Assembly: GCA_004322215.1 (NCBI GenBank)
Contig: SCSM01000011.1
Span: forward strand, 450,697 to 514,696
Direction of reading: 5' to 3'
DNA from: Bacteroidota bacterium
GTDB lineage: Bacteria > Bacteroidota > Ignavibacteria > Kapaibacteriales > UBA2268
DNA length: 64,000 nucleotides
The notes beneath the pieces were generated by a model. The model made no database searches. It had not been told where the DNA came from and saw nothing but the letters and a program-made list of their open reading frames with translations. Below, in pieces: positions 49,529 to 59,263 of this stretch; the first letter of the stretch is position 1, and the number at the start of each line of letters is the position of its first letter. Made by a program: the position numbers and the translations under genes.

Positions 49529-49565
49529 ATAAAACCCTATCAATTCGGTGGGGTTTTTTATTTCT
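49529..49565. terminator. Bidirectional terminator hairpin (AAAACCC...GGGGTTTTTTATTTC) shared by tdh (+) and the convergent methyltransferase gene (-)
   Basis: A GC stem is flanked by an A-run and a T-run. Confidence 0.6.
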
Positions 49566-50385
49566 TTTTGATTCTTACTGCAATATTGTATGCTATTACA
49601 CCGTAGGGAATCCGGTAATCAATCTGAGATATCCAATAAAATGGTTTGAGAAGAATTCTTACTAATCGCATCGGGAGAATAATATTCAGAAAACTTTCAA
49701 GATTCATTGTAAATACTTCAATGAATAAGCCCGACCTGAATACTTTCTCTATTGTATATTTCTCTGAAAAGCCCGATTGGTCAAGCATTTTTATATAATC
49801 TTTCAATGAATAATGGAAATGTTTTTCCTGGTGTTCGGGATTATAGTCTTTTGGAATTTTTCCTGATTTTATCAATCTGATAAATTTATACGTAACCTTA
49901 TACACCCATGGTAACCATTTCCTAAGATAATACCCATAATTATACGGGTCAAGTAATGCAAATAATCCTTTATGAGGTGTTGATATGATAATCGTTCCGC
50001 CCAATTGCAAAATTCTGTTCATTTCATTCAATGACTGAATTTTATCCTGTGTGTGTTCGAGAACATCATTGATTACAATTGCATCGAAAAATTCACTTGC
50101 AAAATCGGTGTGTTCGAGCATACAGCATTTGAAATTAATATCAGTATATCTTTTTTGTGCTATTTCTATATGTTTAGGATTAACATCAATCCCAAAAACA
50201 TTTTTACTTTTTTTTCTGAAGAAACGTGTCCCATAGCCATAAGAACAGCCGCCGTCTAATAAATTTTCAATCCCTTCAGGTAACCAATTGAAAGAAAGTT
50301 TAATACGGTTGGTAATATCATGTTCGGGAAATTCTTTGAATTCCTTTAAATCATCGTTATTCTTTATATTTTGAATTCTTATCAT
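49558..50385 (-). CDS. Class I SAM-dependent methyltransferase
   Basis: 275 aa with motif I ..LLDGGCSYGYGTRFF.. and the post-I acidic residue ..FGIDVN.. Confidence 0.7.
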   Translation of the reverse strand: MIRIQNIKNNDDLKEFKEFPEHDITNRIKLSFNWLPEGIENLLDGGCSYGYGTRFFRKKSKNVFGIDVNPKHIEIAQKRYTDINFKCCMLEHTDFASEFFDAIVINDVLEHTQDKIQSLNEMNRILQLGGTIIISTPHKGLFALLDPYNYGYYLRKWLPWVYKVTYKFIRLIKSGKIPKDYNPEHQEKHFHYSLKDYIKMLDQSGFSEKYTIEKVFRSGLFIEVFTMNLESFLNIILPMRLVRILLKPFYWISQIDYRIPYGVIAYNIAVRIKKK

Positions 50386-51359
50386 TTCTGATTCTTTTTC
50401 TTAAAATAAAAACTCGCCTGGTCTCCCCTGTTTTCTAAATTCAGCTTTTTTGCATCTTCAGAAAATTTTATCATATCGTCTTTAGTGATTAAATCCCTGA
50501 AATCACTCATCGGGTCAGGTGAAAACATTTTTGTTGCCGTTAACGGGATATTATTCTGATACAATATACTTCCCCAAAATTGGAAATCTGTGGAGTCATA
50601 TACGACATTTTCAATTTGAAATCCGGTTCGTTCTGCAAGTATCTCAATACTCTTTTCAGAATGAATGAATATATGCCTTGGTGCATCCAATTGAACCCAA
50701 TCAGTTCCATACTTTTCCCAGGCAAAAGAACCGGTAACAGGAATTCTGATTAACAAAGCACCATCCTTATTTAATAGCATGAACGCTTCATCCATTATTT
50801 CCTTGGGATTGGGCATGTGCTCAAAAGAGAAATGCAGCATAATCAAATCATATATTCCTACGAGTTCACCAAGATATTTTTTATATATAATTATGTTTTT
50901 TCCAATTTTTGAATCCTTATCAATATTCGGGTCAACCCCGGTTAAATTCCTGAATCCGGCTAACTCCAATTCATACAACCTTAATCCCTGACCACTTCCT
51001 ACATCCAAAATTGATGAATTAAAATTTACATTCGTGTATTTTAGCCATTCATAAAATGGAGCAAAACCTTTTCTTTTGTTTATAATTTTCCCGATAACAT
51101 TTTCTTTCCCTGCTGAATGCTGATACCACTTCTTTTTAATAAATCTCTTAACAAAATTTGTTTTTGGTAAATTCAATGAAAAATAATCCTTCGGGTAAAA
51201 TTTCGATAAATCGTCAGGGATTTCTGCTATTTGAATGCATTTACATTTAAAACATTCAAAATATAGAAATTTCTCTCTTGTACCGAACATTTTCTCTTCG
51301 GCTTCAAAAGTATGATTATTTTCAGAATTACCGCAAATTCTGCACTTATTTAAATCCAT
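50382..51359 (-). CDS. Class I SAM-dependent methyltransferase with an N-terminal C4 zinc-ribbon (putative zinc-binding) domain
   Basis: 325 aa. The N-terminus is CRICGNS...CFKCKC and motif I is ..ILDVGSGQGL.. There is a 4-nt overlap with the downstream methyltransferase, so they form an operon. Confidence 0.7.
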   Translation of the reverse strand: MDLNKCRICGNSENNHTFEAEEKMFGTREKFLYFECFKCKCIQIAEIPDDLSKFYPKDYFSLNLPKTNFVKRFIKKKWYQHSAGKENVIGKIINKRKGFAPFYEWLKYTNVNFNSSILDVGSGQGLRLYELELAGFRNLTGVDPNIDKDSKIGKNIIIYKKYLGELVGIYDLIMLHFSFEHMPNPKEIMDEAFMLLNKDGALLIRIPVTGSFAWEKYGTDWVQLDAPRHIFIHSEKSIEILAERTGFQIENVVYDSTDFQFWGSILYQNNIPLTATKMFSPDPMSDFRDLITKDDMIKFSEDAKKLNLENRGDQASFYFKKKNQK

Positions 51360-51584
51360 AAATTCTGAGAGTAGTCCTAAATAAAATGAGTTGCAAAATT
51401 AACTAATTTCGGTATAATCTATATTATTTATGTAATTTTAAGTTAAATTATAGACAATTTTTTTTATAATGAACATTAGTTATTGAAATTTCGTTAATTT
51501 TTTCATATTTTACGAGTTTAATAAATAAATTCATTCATAATATAAATTAGAAAAATTTTCAATTAATATAATTCAGATATAAAA

Positions 51585-53543
51585 ATGAAAAAAGTTACAT
51601 TATATCAACGACTGAGATACGAATTTGATAATTTAATGTCAAAAGGGACTTTTGCTCCTATTTTGTTGTTATTAGTTGCGGCAGGAGTTTCTATATTTGT
51701 TCTTGCTTTCTTTGTTTATATTACCGGGGCTATTCCAAAAGACCAGTCAATCCAGGGATTGCAAAATATTCACAACATTGGATACTTCGAAACTATTTGG
51801 GTAACAATACTCAGAACTCTCGATGGTGGTGTAGTTGCCTATGACCCGCTTAATACCCTGTTTGTTTTCTTTATGTTCATTGCTACTCTTGGCGGATTGT
51901 TCATGTTAAGTACCTTAATCGGTATTGTCAACAGTGGTGTCGTCAGAAAAATCAGCGACCTGAGAAAAGGAAAGTCATTTGTCGTCGAAAAAAATCATAC
52001 TGTCGTTCTCGGATGGTCGTTCCAGGTATTTCAGATTGTATCAGAGCTTGTTATAGCAAATGAAAACCAAAAAAATCCGAGTATTGCCATACTTGCCGAA
52101 AAAGATAAAGTCGAGATGGAAGATGAAATCAAATCTAAAGTCGGAACTACTCAGAATACAAAGTTGATTTGCCGCACAGGAAATCCGATTGATTTGCAAG
52201 ACCTTGAAATTATAAATCTGAATGAGGCAAAAGCAATTATAATATTAGCGCCTGAAACAGGAGACCCTGATTCAATAGTAATTAAAACTATACTGGCTAT
52301 TACAAATAATCCCCATAGAAAACCTGCTCCACATAAATATCACATTGTTGCTGAGGTAAGAGACCCGAGAAATGTCCGTATAGCTGAAATAGCCGGTAAA
52401 AATGAAGTTCAACTTGTAGTATTCGATTATTTAATTTCTAGAATCACAGCACAAACATGCCGCCAACCGGGTCTTTCGGTTGTATTTACTGAATTACTCG
52501 ATTTCAAAGGCGATGAAATTTATTTCCAGGAAGAATCAAAAATTGTTGGTAAAACATTTGTCGAAGCAATGTTTGCTTATGAAACATCGGCAATTATCGG
52601 CTTGAGAAGACACGATGGCAGAATAATGATAAAGCCACCAATGACAACCAAAATCGAAAGAGGAGACATGGTCATTGCCATATCCGAAGACGACGATACT
52701 GTCATTCTTTCGGGTATGACTGAGTTCGGAATTGACCCTGGTGCTATAAGAATAGCACCGAAATACGTACCTCCAAAACCGGAAGCAACATTGATTCTCG
52801 GATGGAACAGACGTGCTCCACTTATTCTTAACGAACTCGATAATTACGTTTGGCCCGGTTCTAAAATTACTGTGGTTGCCGACAGTATGGCAGTCGAGAA
52901 GGAACTGGCAACCCATTGTTCCGGTTTAACACATCAAACCGTTACTTTCTGGCTCGGCGACACTACCAACAGAAGAATTCTTGACGACTTACAAATTGAG
53001 CAGTACGACCATATTATAGTTCTTAGCCAAACCGAATTAACTGATGTTCAGTCAACTGATGCCAAGACATTAAGCACATTATTGCATCTAAGAGATATTG
53101 CAGATTTGAAAGGACACACATTTTCAATCGTCAGTGAAATGCTCGATGACAGGAACAGGCAACTTGCTGAAATCACATACACAGACGACTTCATCGTTAG
53201 TGTTAAATTAGACAGTTTGATGCTTTCCCAAATATCCGAAAATAAAGAATTGAAAACCGTTTTTGAAGATTTATTCAGTGCAGGCGGACCTGCAATATAT
53301 ATTAAGCCCGCTGAATTTTATGTAGAGCTCGGAAGACCTGTAAACTTCTATACCGTTATGGAATCTGCAAGACAAAGGAATCAGATTGCCATCGGTTATA
53401 AATTACACCAGCCGAGGAAACAGGCAGACGGGAAAAGCTTACTTGCTTATGGTGTGGTTGTTAATCCGAAAAAATCGAATCAAATGTTCTTCTCGGAAGG
53501 AGATAAAATAATCATTATCTCAGATGAAGAACAATTAGGATAA
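51585..53543 (+). CDS. CASTOR/POLLUX-like putative ion channel (N-terminal TM pore region plus two RCK/TrkA-N domains)
   Basis: 652 aa with 2-3 N-terminal TM helices and then two Rossmann-like RCK domains (..VVLGWSFQVFQIV.., ..ILGWNRRAPLILNEL..). Confidence 0.5.
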   Translation: MKKVTLYQRLRYEFDNLMSKGTFAPILLLLVAAGVSIFVLAFFVYITGAIPKDQSIQGLQNIHNIGYFETIWVTILRTLDGGVVAYDPLNTLFVFFMFIATLGGLFMLSTLIGIVNSGVVRKISDLRKGKSFVVEKNHTVVLGWSFQVFQIVSELVIANENQKNPSIAILAEKDKVEMEDEIKSKVGTTQNTKLICRTGNPIDLQDLEIINLNEAKAIIILAPETGDPDSIVIKTILAITNNPHRKPAPHKYHIVAEVRDPRNVRIAEIAGKNEVQLVVFDYLISRITAQTCRQPGLSVVFTELLDFKGDEIYFQEESKIVGKTFVEAMFAYETSAIIGLRRHDGRIMIKPPMTTKIERGDMVIAISEDDDTVILSGMTEFGIDPGAIRIAPKYVPPKPEATLILGWNRRAPLILNELDNYVWPGSKITVVADSMAVEKELATHCSGLTHQTVTFWLGDTTNRRILDDLQIEQYDHIIVLSQTELTDVQSTDAKTLSTLLHLRDIADLKGHTFSIVSEMLDDRNRQLAEITYTDDFIVSVKLDSLMLSQISENKELKTVFEDLFSAGGPAIYIKPAEFYVELGRPVNFYTVMESARQRNQIAIGYKLHQPRKQADGKSLLAYGVVVNPKKSNQMFFSEGDKIIIISDEEQLG

Positions 53544-53577
53544 ATAACATTTTAGTTACATATTAATATTTATTACT

Positions 53578-55923
53578 ATGAAGAAATCTTGCATTTTTCA
53601 AGGTATTATCAGTTTATTGATTAGTATTATCTCGATGTTGGCTTCTCCCATGTTATTCGCAGCTCCCGGTGATACAATTATCGTTCAAACAGTAACATTT
53701 GATGATACGCTCCAATTAGGAGCCGAAACTTATGTATATCCGCCGCCGAGAGGTGAATTCCATAAAACCCAGAATAATTATTACCAGGGTGGTACTTATT
53801 TGTTTCCACCTGATACATTTCGATTCGAAAAAATTTTAATGTATTTTACTTTAAAATGTGACTCGAAAAATTTCCCTGCCTGCGGTGAATGGGATATAAT
53901 TGCATTCATTTACGCTTATAAGGATTCAAACCGCTTTGAACTTGGTAGATTTGAAACACCTTTTGGTTATGGAGTGAATCTTGGAAATGGATTTACATGG
54001 ATTTATGATGTGAGTGATTTCAGGTCAATACTTAAGGATTCGGTTACTATAAAATATGTTGTTCCTCAGCAAGGTCAAACCCGTTATGAATTATTAGACC
54101 TGAAATTCATGATGATTGAAGGCACCCCTCCAAGAGATGTAATAAATATTGAAAAATTATGGTATGGCGGATTCCGTATCGGAGATAACTTAGACCCGGT
54201 AGATAGCCATCTTCAACCTATTAGAGTTAGTCTTTTACCAAATGTAAAAACAACAAAAATTCGTGCTACCATCGCTGGAGATGGATGGGGAGGTTCTACC
54301 GGCTGTGCGGAATTTTGTGCAAAAGAACATTGGATTGATGTAAATGGTACAAAACGTTTCGATTGGTATGTGTGGGACGATAAATGCGATATGAATCCAT
54401 TGTATCCTCAGGGCGGTACTTGGTTACATGCACGTTCAAACAGATGCCCCGGCGCTCAGATGGAAACTAAGGAATTCGAATTAACACCTTTTGTGAACGA
54501 TTCAGTTGTTACACTTGATTATAATATTGAGCCATACACCTATCCCGAAGACGGGGAATTCTGGCCCTTATATACAATAGAAACTCAATTGGTTTCCTAT
54601 GGCCCTTATAATTTTAAATTGGATGCCTCTGTCGAAAATATAATTGCTCCTAATCCATGGCAATTTTACAACCGTTCAAATCCAATTTGCAGCAAACCTT
54701 CGATTATTTTAAAAAATAATGGCTCGGACAATTTGAGTTCCTTAGACATAGATTATGGTGTTGAAACTTTATCCAACAATACTTATAAGTGGTCCGGAAA
54801 TTTGAAATTCGGAGAAAAAGACACGGTTGAACTCCCACCAATTGATTTTGGTAATCAGGATATAATGGCTTTTTATGCAGAAGTCAAATCCCCAAACGGA
54901 GTTGCTGACGAATATCAATTGAATAACCGGATGACAACAACTACAAAACTCGTTCCTTATTATTTTAATGACTTAATCCTGAAATATCAAACCAATAATT
55001 ATCCTGAAAATCGTTTTTCTTACACTATTAAGGATATTAATGATTCGACAATCTACTATAAAAATGATATTCAGCCGAGTACTTTGTATAATGATACATT
55101 TCATCTAAAAGATGGCTGTTACGAATTAAGATTCATCAATGAAATTGGCTTTGGTATTGATTACTGGTTATTAAAACAACAAAAATATACTTCCGGCTGG
55201 ATTAAGCTTTCAAACCTTTACCGTGATATTAAATTATTTACAGGTGAATTTGGAAGGGAAATATTCCATCAATTCACAGTTGGTCCAAAGCCGATGATTG
55301 TAACTAATTTAGATACCCTTGATTTTGGCAAGGTTAAACTAAACGAACAAAAAGAATTAACGTTTGAAATCAGTCCCGGTAATAATCAATCCTTGCAAAT
55401 AACTAATGTTAATGTAGTATTTGGTATTAATCGCGGTTATCTGGCAACAACAGACCCCCCTATATATAATGAACCTGTAATTCTGAAGAGCGGTGAAAAA
55501 ATGATAATTACTGTAAGGTTCACACCAAAGAAAGAAGGTTCATCTGTAACAAATCTTGTTATAAACTGTAATGATGAAAGATTATTAGATAAAGTTATAA
55601 AATTAATCGGCATTGGTGTCGACCCGAATTCAATAGAAGACAATAATAACATCGAGCCGCCTCTCGAACTTGTTGTTCAGCCCAATCCTGTTCATGAGAA
55701 AGCCGAAATAATTTTTACTGGCTCAACGGGTAATTTTTATAATAATACTAAACTAACATTGATTAATCCTTTAGGTCAGGAATTGAAAGTATTATTTGAT
55801 GGCAGGGCAGACGCTATTTTTAACAAAATAAATTTTACAACAGATGGTATAGCAAAAGGGATTTATTACCTGAATTTGAAATCAGATAATAATGCAACTA
55901 CTATTCCTATTGTTGTTTTCTGA
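53578..55923 (+). CDS. Secreted protein with a T9SS C-terminal sorting domain. It is possibly a peptide-N-glycosidase-F-related protein.
   Basis: 781 aa with a signal peptide. The C-terminal ~85 aa (..LVVQPNPVHEKAEIIF...GIYYLNLKSDNNATTIPIVVF) fit the T9SS C-terminal pattern. The N-terminal assignment is tentative. Confidence 0.55.
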   Translation: MKKSCIFQGIISLLISIISMLASPMLFAAPGDTIIVQTVTFDDTLQLGAETYVYPPPRGEFHKTQNNYYQGGTYLFPPDTFRFEKILMYFTLKCDSKNFPACGEWDIIAFIYAYKDSNRFELGRFETPFGYGVNLGNGFTWIYDVSDFRSILKDSVTIKYVVPQQGQTRYELLDLKFMMIEGTPPRDVINIEKLWYGGFRIGDNLDPVDSHLQPIRVSLLPNVKTTKIRATIAGDGWGGSTGCAEFCAKEHWIDVNGTKRFDWYVWDDKCDMNPLYPQGGTWLHARSNRCPGAQMETKEFELTPFVNDSVVTLDYNIEPYTYPEDGEFWPLYTIETQLVSYGPYNFKLDASVENIIAPNPWQFYNRSNPICSKPSIILKNNGSDNLSSLDIDYGVETLSNNTYKWSGNLKFGEKDTVELPPIDFGNQDIMAFYAEVKSPNGVADEYQLNNRMTTTTKLVPYYFNDLILKYQTNNYPENRFSYTIKDINDSTIYYKNDIQPSTLYNDTFHLKDGCYELRFINEIGFGIDYWLLKQQKYTSGWIKLSNLYRDIKLFTGEFGREIFHQFTVGPKPMIVTNLDTLDFGKVKLNEQKELTFEISPGNNQSLQITNVNVVFGINRGYLATTDPPIYNEPVILKSGEKMIITVRFTPKKEGSSVTNLVINCNDERLLDKVIKLIGIGVDPNSIEDNNNIEPPLELVVQPNPVHEKAEIIFTGSTGNFYNNTKLTLINPLGQELKVLFDGRADAIFNKINFTTDGIAKGIYYLNLKSDNNATTIPIVVF

Positions 55924-56079
55924 CAGTTTTTATCATAAATTCCAAAATATAATGATTTTCATATTATATTAATTTTTAATTTTTAAAATTTGTAATAAAA
56001 TATTAATTGTTGTGAAACATTATAAAGAGGCATGCGTATCATATTATCAGGCAATTAATTTATCATTTTTGGAGTATTA

Positions 56080-58479
56080 ATGTTTTCGAAAATTAAATTT
56101 ACTTATCTCATAATAATTTTTCTTCTGGCTATTCCATTTACTTACATTTATCCACAAAATCCGAATGTTTTGATTGGGACAATAATTGATTTGGAAACTC
56201 AGAAACCGATTCCGGGTGCTACCTTAAGAATAGTAAATTTTGATAAAGGCACTTATTCTTCATCATCAGGTAAATTCAGGTTACCGGTACCTGTCGGAGC
56301 TTCAAAACTAAAAGTATCATCGCTTGGATATGAAACTAAATATATTGAACTCGAAAGAAAAACAGATACACTCGATATTAAATTAAAACCCTCTTCATTC
56401 AAAATGAAATCTGTTGAAGTTACCGGTCAAATTGATGCTAATGAAATCATCAGGCGTTCAATCGAAAGAAAAGAGGAAAATTTAAAAAAGCTAAAAACAT
56501 TTAGTGGAACTTTATATTCAAAGCTTGTTCTCGAGCTTGCAGGAAGTATTTTCGGAGGTCCCACCCAGGGCGGTTTCCAGGTTGGAAGTGCAATTGGCGA
56601 AACTGCACCTGAAAAATACAAAATGTTTGTTCTGGAAACTTTTTCTAAAACTTATAGGGATTATGAGAAAAATATTACACATACGGATATTTTACAGAGG
56701 CGGCAAACTTCTAATATTCCACCACAACAAAATCTTCTTGCAATTGGCAACTTCATGAACTTCTACGATGATGAAATAGATATGCTTAATACTAAGATTC
56801 AGACTCCTCTCGGAAGTTCTTGCTTCAGCTATTATAATTTTGAATTAATTGAGAGAAATATTCTTGACGATAGATTCGTTTATCTAATCAAAGTACAGCC
56901 AAAAACGTCAACATATCCTGCATTCACAGGAACTATAAGCATTGTTGAAGGTAGTTACAACCTCGTTGAGGTATCTCTGCAACCGAGTCCGAATACCAGA
57001 ATTCCATTCCTCGACAGTTTAACATTTTTGCAAAAATTCGATGAAAGTTTGCAAGGTGTGTGGTATCCGTCATTTCTCGAGGTTACGGCAAAAGCAAGGG
57101 TGGATATCATAAAAGGCATTCTTGAAGCAACCGCTTTTGCAACTGCTACAAGCATATTTAGTGAAACTAAAATTAACGAAGCTTTACCGGATTCAATTTA
57201 TGTACAGGAAAATTCTGGAACTATCACTGTAAGCAAAGAAGCTGATTCATCGAAAACGGAATTTTGGGAGAATAATTCTCAAAGAGAAATTACTCCGCGT
57301 GAATTGAAAATGTATCAGGAAGTTGATTCACTTTCTGCAATTTCTGATTCATTAGAAAAAGAGAAATCTGCTAAGTTCTTTGATTATTTTCCTGATATTC
57401 GATTCAATAGGGTTTGCTCGATTGGGCTGGGAGCAATCGCAAGTTTGTTTTATAAAAAAATAAGTCTGAATGTTGATGCTTATTACAGCTTCGGCCAAAA
57501 AAAGCCCTTTGGTGAGGTGAACTTGAATCTTACAAATATTTTTGATTCAAGTTTTGTAAATCTCAGTTTATACGGAAAATATTTTTCTGATATCGGAAAC
57601 ATCTCAAGTAATATTGATTACCCCTTTTTGGTGAATACCATTTCATCCGCAATTTTTCACGAGGATTATTTCGATTATTACAGGAAAGTTGGCTGGGTTA
57701 CAGGTTTTAATGCAAATATGCGATTTGTAAATTTGTATGGTTTTATGGAAATTTCAAAACAGGATTCTTTACAAAAAACAACCAATAATTCAATCTTCTC
57801 ATCAGGTATTTGGAGAAATAACCCGGTTATTTATCCCGATAATTATCGAATTTTTACTGGTGGATTCACAGTAAATACGTCTTCATTTTTCAGAAATACT
57901 GATTTCAATGCTTCAATAAAATTCAATGCCATTTATGGCGAAATGGAAGAACAAAACACAATTTTCCGTCAGGTTGAAGGAGAATTGAATCTTGTAATTC
58001 CAACTTTTTATACTGGTTACTCTCCAATGAAAATTGAATTATTGCTCATGGCTGGTAAAAGTTGCAAAAGTACTCCGTATCAATATCAATTCAGGATGCC
58101 TACACGATTAGCAATCATAGGACAAACAGGTGTTTTTTATTCTGCACCAATTGGGATCTATGGGGGAAATGAATTCTTAGCCGGACATTTTAATTATAAT
58201 CTGACCGATTTGTGGTGGCGGGCAATTGGATTGTCAAGATACGAAGGAAGAGGAATTGACCTGCTCCTTTCCGGTTCATCAACAAGGTTTATTTCTCCTG
58301 CATCCTCATATTACAAACAAACAGGAAATGATTATTATACAGAAGCTGGTTTCGGATTGAGCAGAATACCTACATTCATTAGCAATGTCGGGTATTTATC
58401 ATTCGATGCCAGATGGGGAATAGGACCAATTGCAAATGGAAATTTCGGCTGGGGTTTGGGAATAACCCTGCCCTTCTAA
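56080..58479 (+). CDS. Carboxypeptidase-regulatory-like domain plus DUF5686-type large secreted or outer-membrane protein
   Basis: 799 aa with a signal peptide. The N-terminal CarbopepD_reg-like beta-sandwich is ..IGTIIDLETQKPIPGATLRIVNFDKGTYSSSSGKFRL.. A long beta-rich region follows. Confidence 0.55.
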   Translation: MFSKIKFTYLIIIFLLAIPFTYIYPQNPNVLIGTIIDLETQKPIPGATLRIVNFDKGTYSSSSGKFRLPVPVGASKLKVSSLGYETKYIELERKTDTLDIKLKPSSFKMKSVEVTGQIDANEIIRRSIERKEENLKKLKTFSGTLYSKLVLELAGSIFGGPTQGGFQVGSAIGETAPEKYKMFVLETFSKTYRDYEKNITHTDILQRRQTSNIPPQQNLLAIGNFMNFYDDEIDMLNTKIQTPLGSSCFSYYNFELIERNILDDRFVYLIKVQPKTSTYPAFTGTISIVEGSYNLVEVSLQPSPNTRIPFLDSLTFLQKFDESLQGVWYPSFLEVTAKARVDIIKGILEATAFATATSIFSETKINEALPDSIYVQENSGTITVSKEADSSKTEFWENNSQREITPRELKMYQEVDSLSAISDSLEKEKSAKFFDYFPDIRFNRVCSIGLGAIASLFYKKISLNVDAYYSFGQKKPFGEVNLNLTNIFDSSFVNLSLYGKYFSDIGNISSNIDYPFLVNTISSAIFHEDYFDYYRKVGWVTGFNANMRFVNLYGFMEISKQDSLQKTTNNSIFSSGIWRNNPVIYPDNYRIFTGGFTVNTSSFFRNTDFNASIKFNAIYGEMEEQNTIFRQVEGELNLVIPTFYTGYSPMKIELLLMAGKSCKSTPYQYQFRMPTRLAIIGQTGVFYSAPIGIYGGNEFLAGHFNYNLTDLWWRAIGLSRYEGRGIDLLLSGSSTRFISPASSYYKQTGNDYYTEAGFGLSRIPTFISNVGYLSFDARWGIGPIANGNFGWGLGITLPF

Positions 58480-58504
58480 TAAATTACGAATTATGCCTAA
58501 TTAA

Positions 58505-59263
58505 TTAAATTAACTCTACAGACTCAGAAGGTAGCCAGCCGATGTTCCCATTGGCGAGCTTGATTTTCCTCCATTTTCCTACGGCATCAAGTATGTTTAC
58601 CTTTGTTCCTTCGTGCAGAATGAACAAATCTTTACCATCTTCGTCAGGTGAGCTTTTAATATACACAGTCGGTTCAAAAACAATTGCTGCATTCCTGGAA
58701 TTTTCAATTCCACTCTGCTGAATTGAAAATATTAATGACATTATTGTTATAAATACCGCAATCACCAAGGTGCCAAATAATATTTTTTTTATAAAAGTTG
58801 ATTCAAATAGTATGAATAAGCCGAGAGAAATAAATACAATCCACAAAGAAACAATCATAATTACCGCCCAATTACCGGATGTAAAAATATTTCTGATGGC
58901 ATCATACCACTGAACCAGGAAGAATTTTGGAACCGGTTCAATTTTATCAATAATTCTCAGGTTCGCAACATTCAGATTCACAATTACATCTTCATCGTCG
59001 GGAGATAATCTCAATGCCCTCTCATAATTGATTATTGCATTTGGAATCTTATTCATCCTGAAATATGCATTTCCCAGATTATAATAAAGTTCTGCATTTT
59101 CATAACCGTTATTGATTATCTTTTCATAATTCAATGCGGCTCTTGAATAATAGCCGTTCTGATATAGCATATTTCCTTTTTTAAAAGTTTCGATTGCTTC
59201 ATTTGCAAATAATGATGATGTTAAAACAATAAACAAAATCAAAAATGACAATTTATTTCTCAT
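58505..59263 (-). CDS. BatE-like protein (TPR repeats, TM helices and a C-terminal SH3b domain)
   Basis: 252 aa with N-terminal TPRs, two TM segments and a C-terminal ..KWRKIKLANGNIGWLPSESV.. It overlaps batD by 4 nt. Confidence 0.6.
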   Translation of the reverse strand: MRNKLSFLILFIVLTSSLFANEAIETFKKGNMLYQNGYYSRAALNYEKIINNGYENAELYYNLGNAYFRMNKIPNAIINYERALRLSPDDEDVIVNLNVANLRIIDKIEPVPKFFLVQWYDAIRNIFTSGNWAVIMIVSLWIVFISLGLFILFESTFIKKILFGTLVIAVFITIMSLIFSIQQSGIENSRNAAIVFEPTVYIKSSPDEDGKDLFILHEGTKVNILDAVGKWRKIKLANGNIGWLPSESVELI

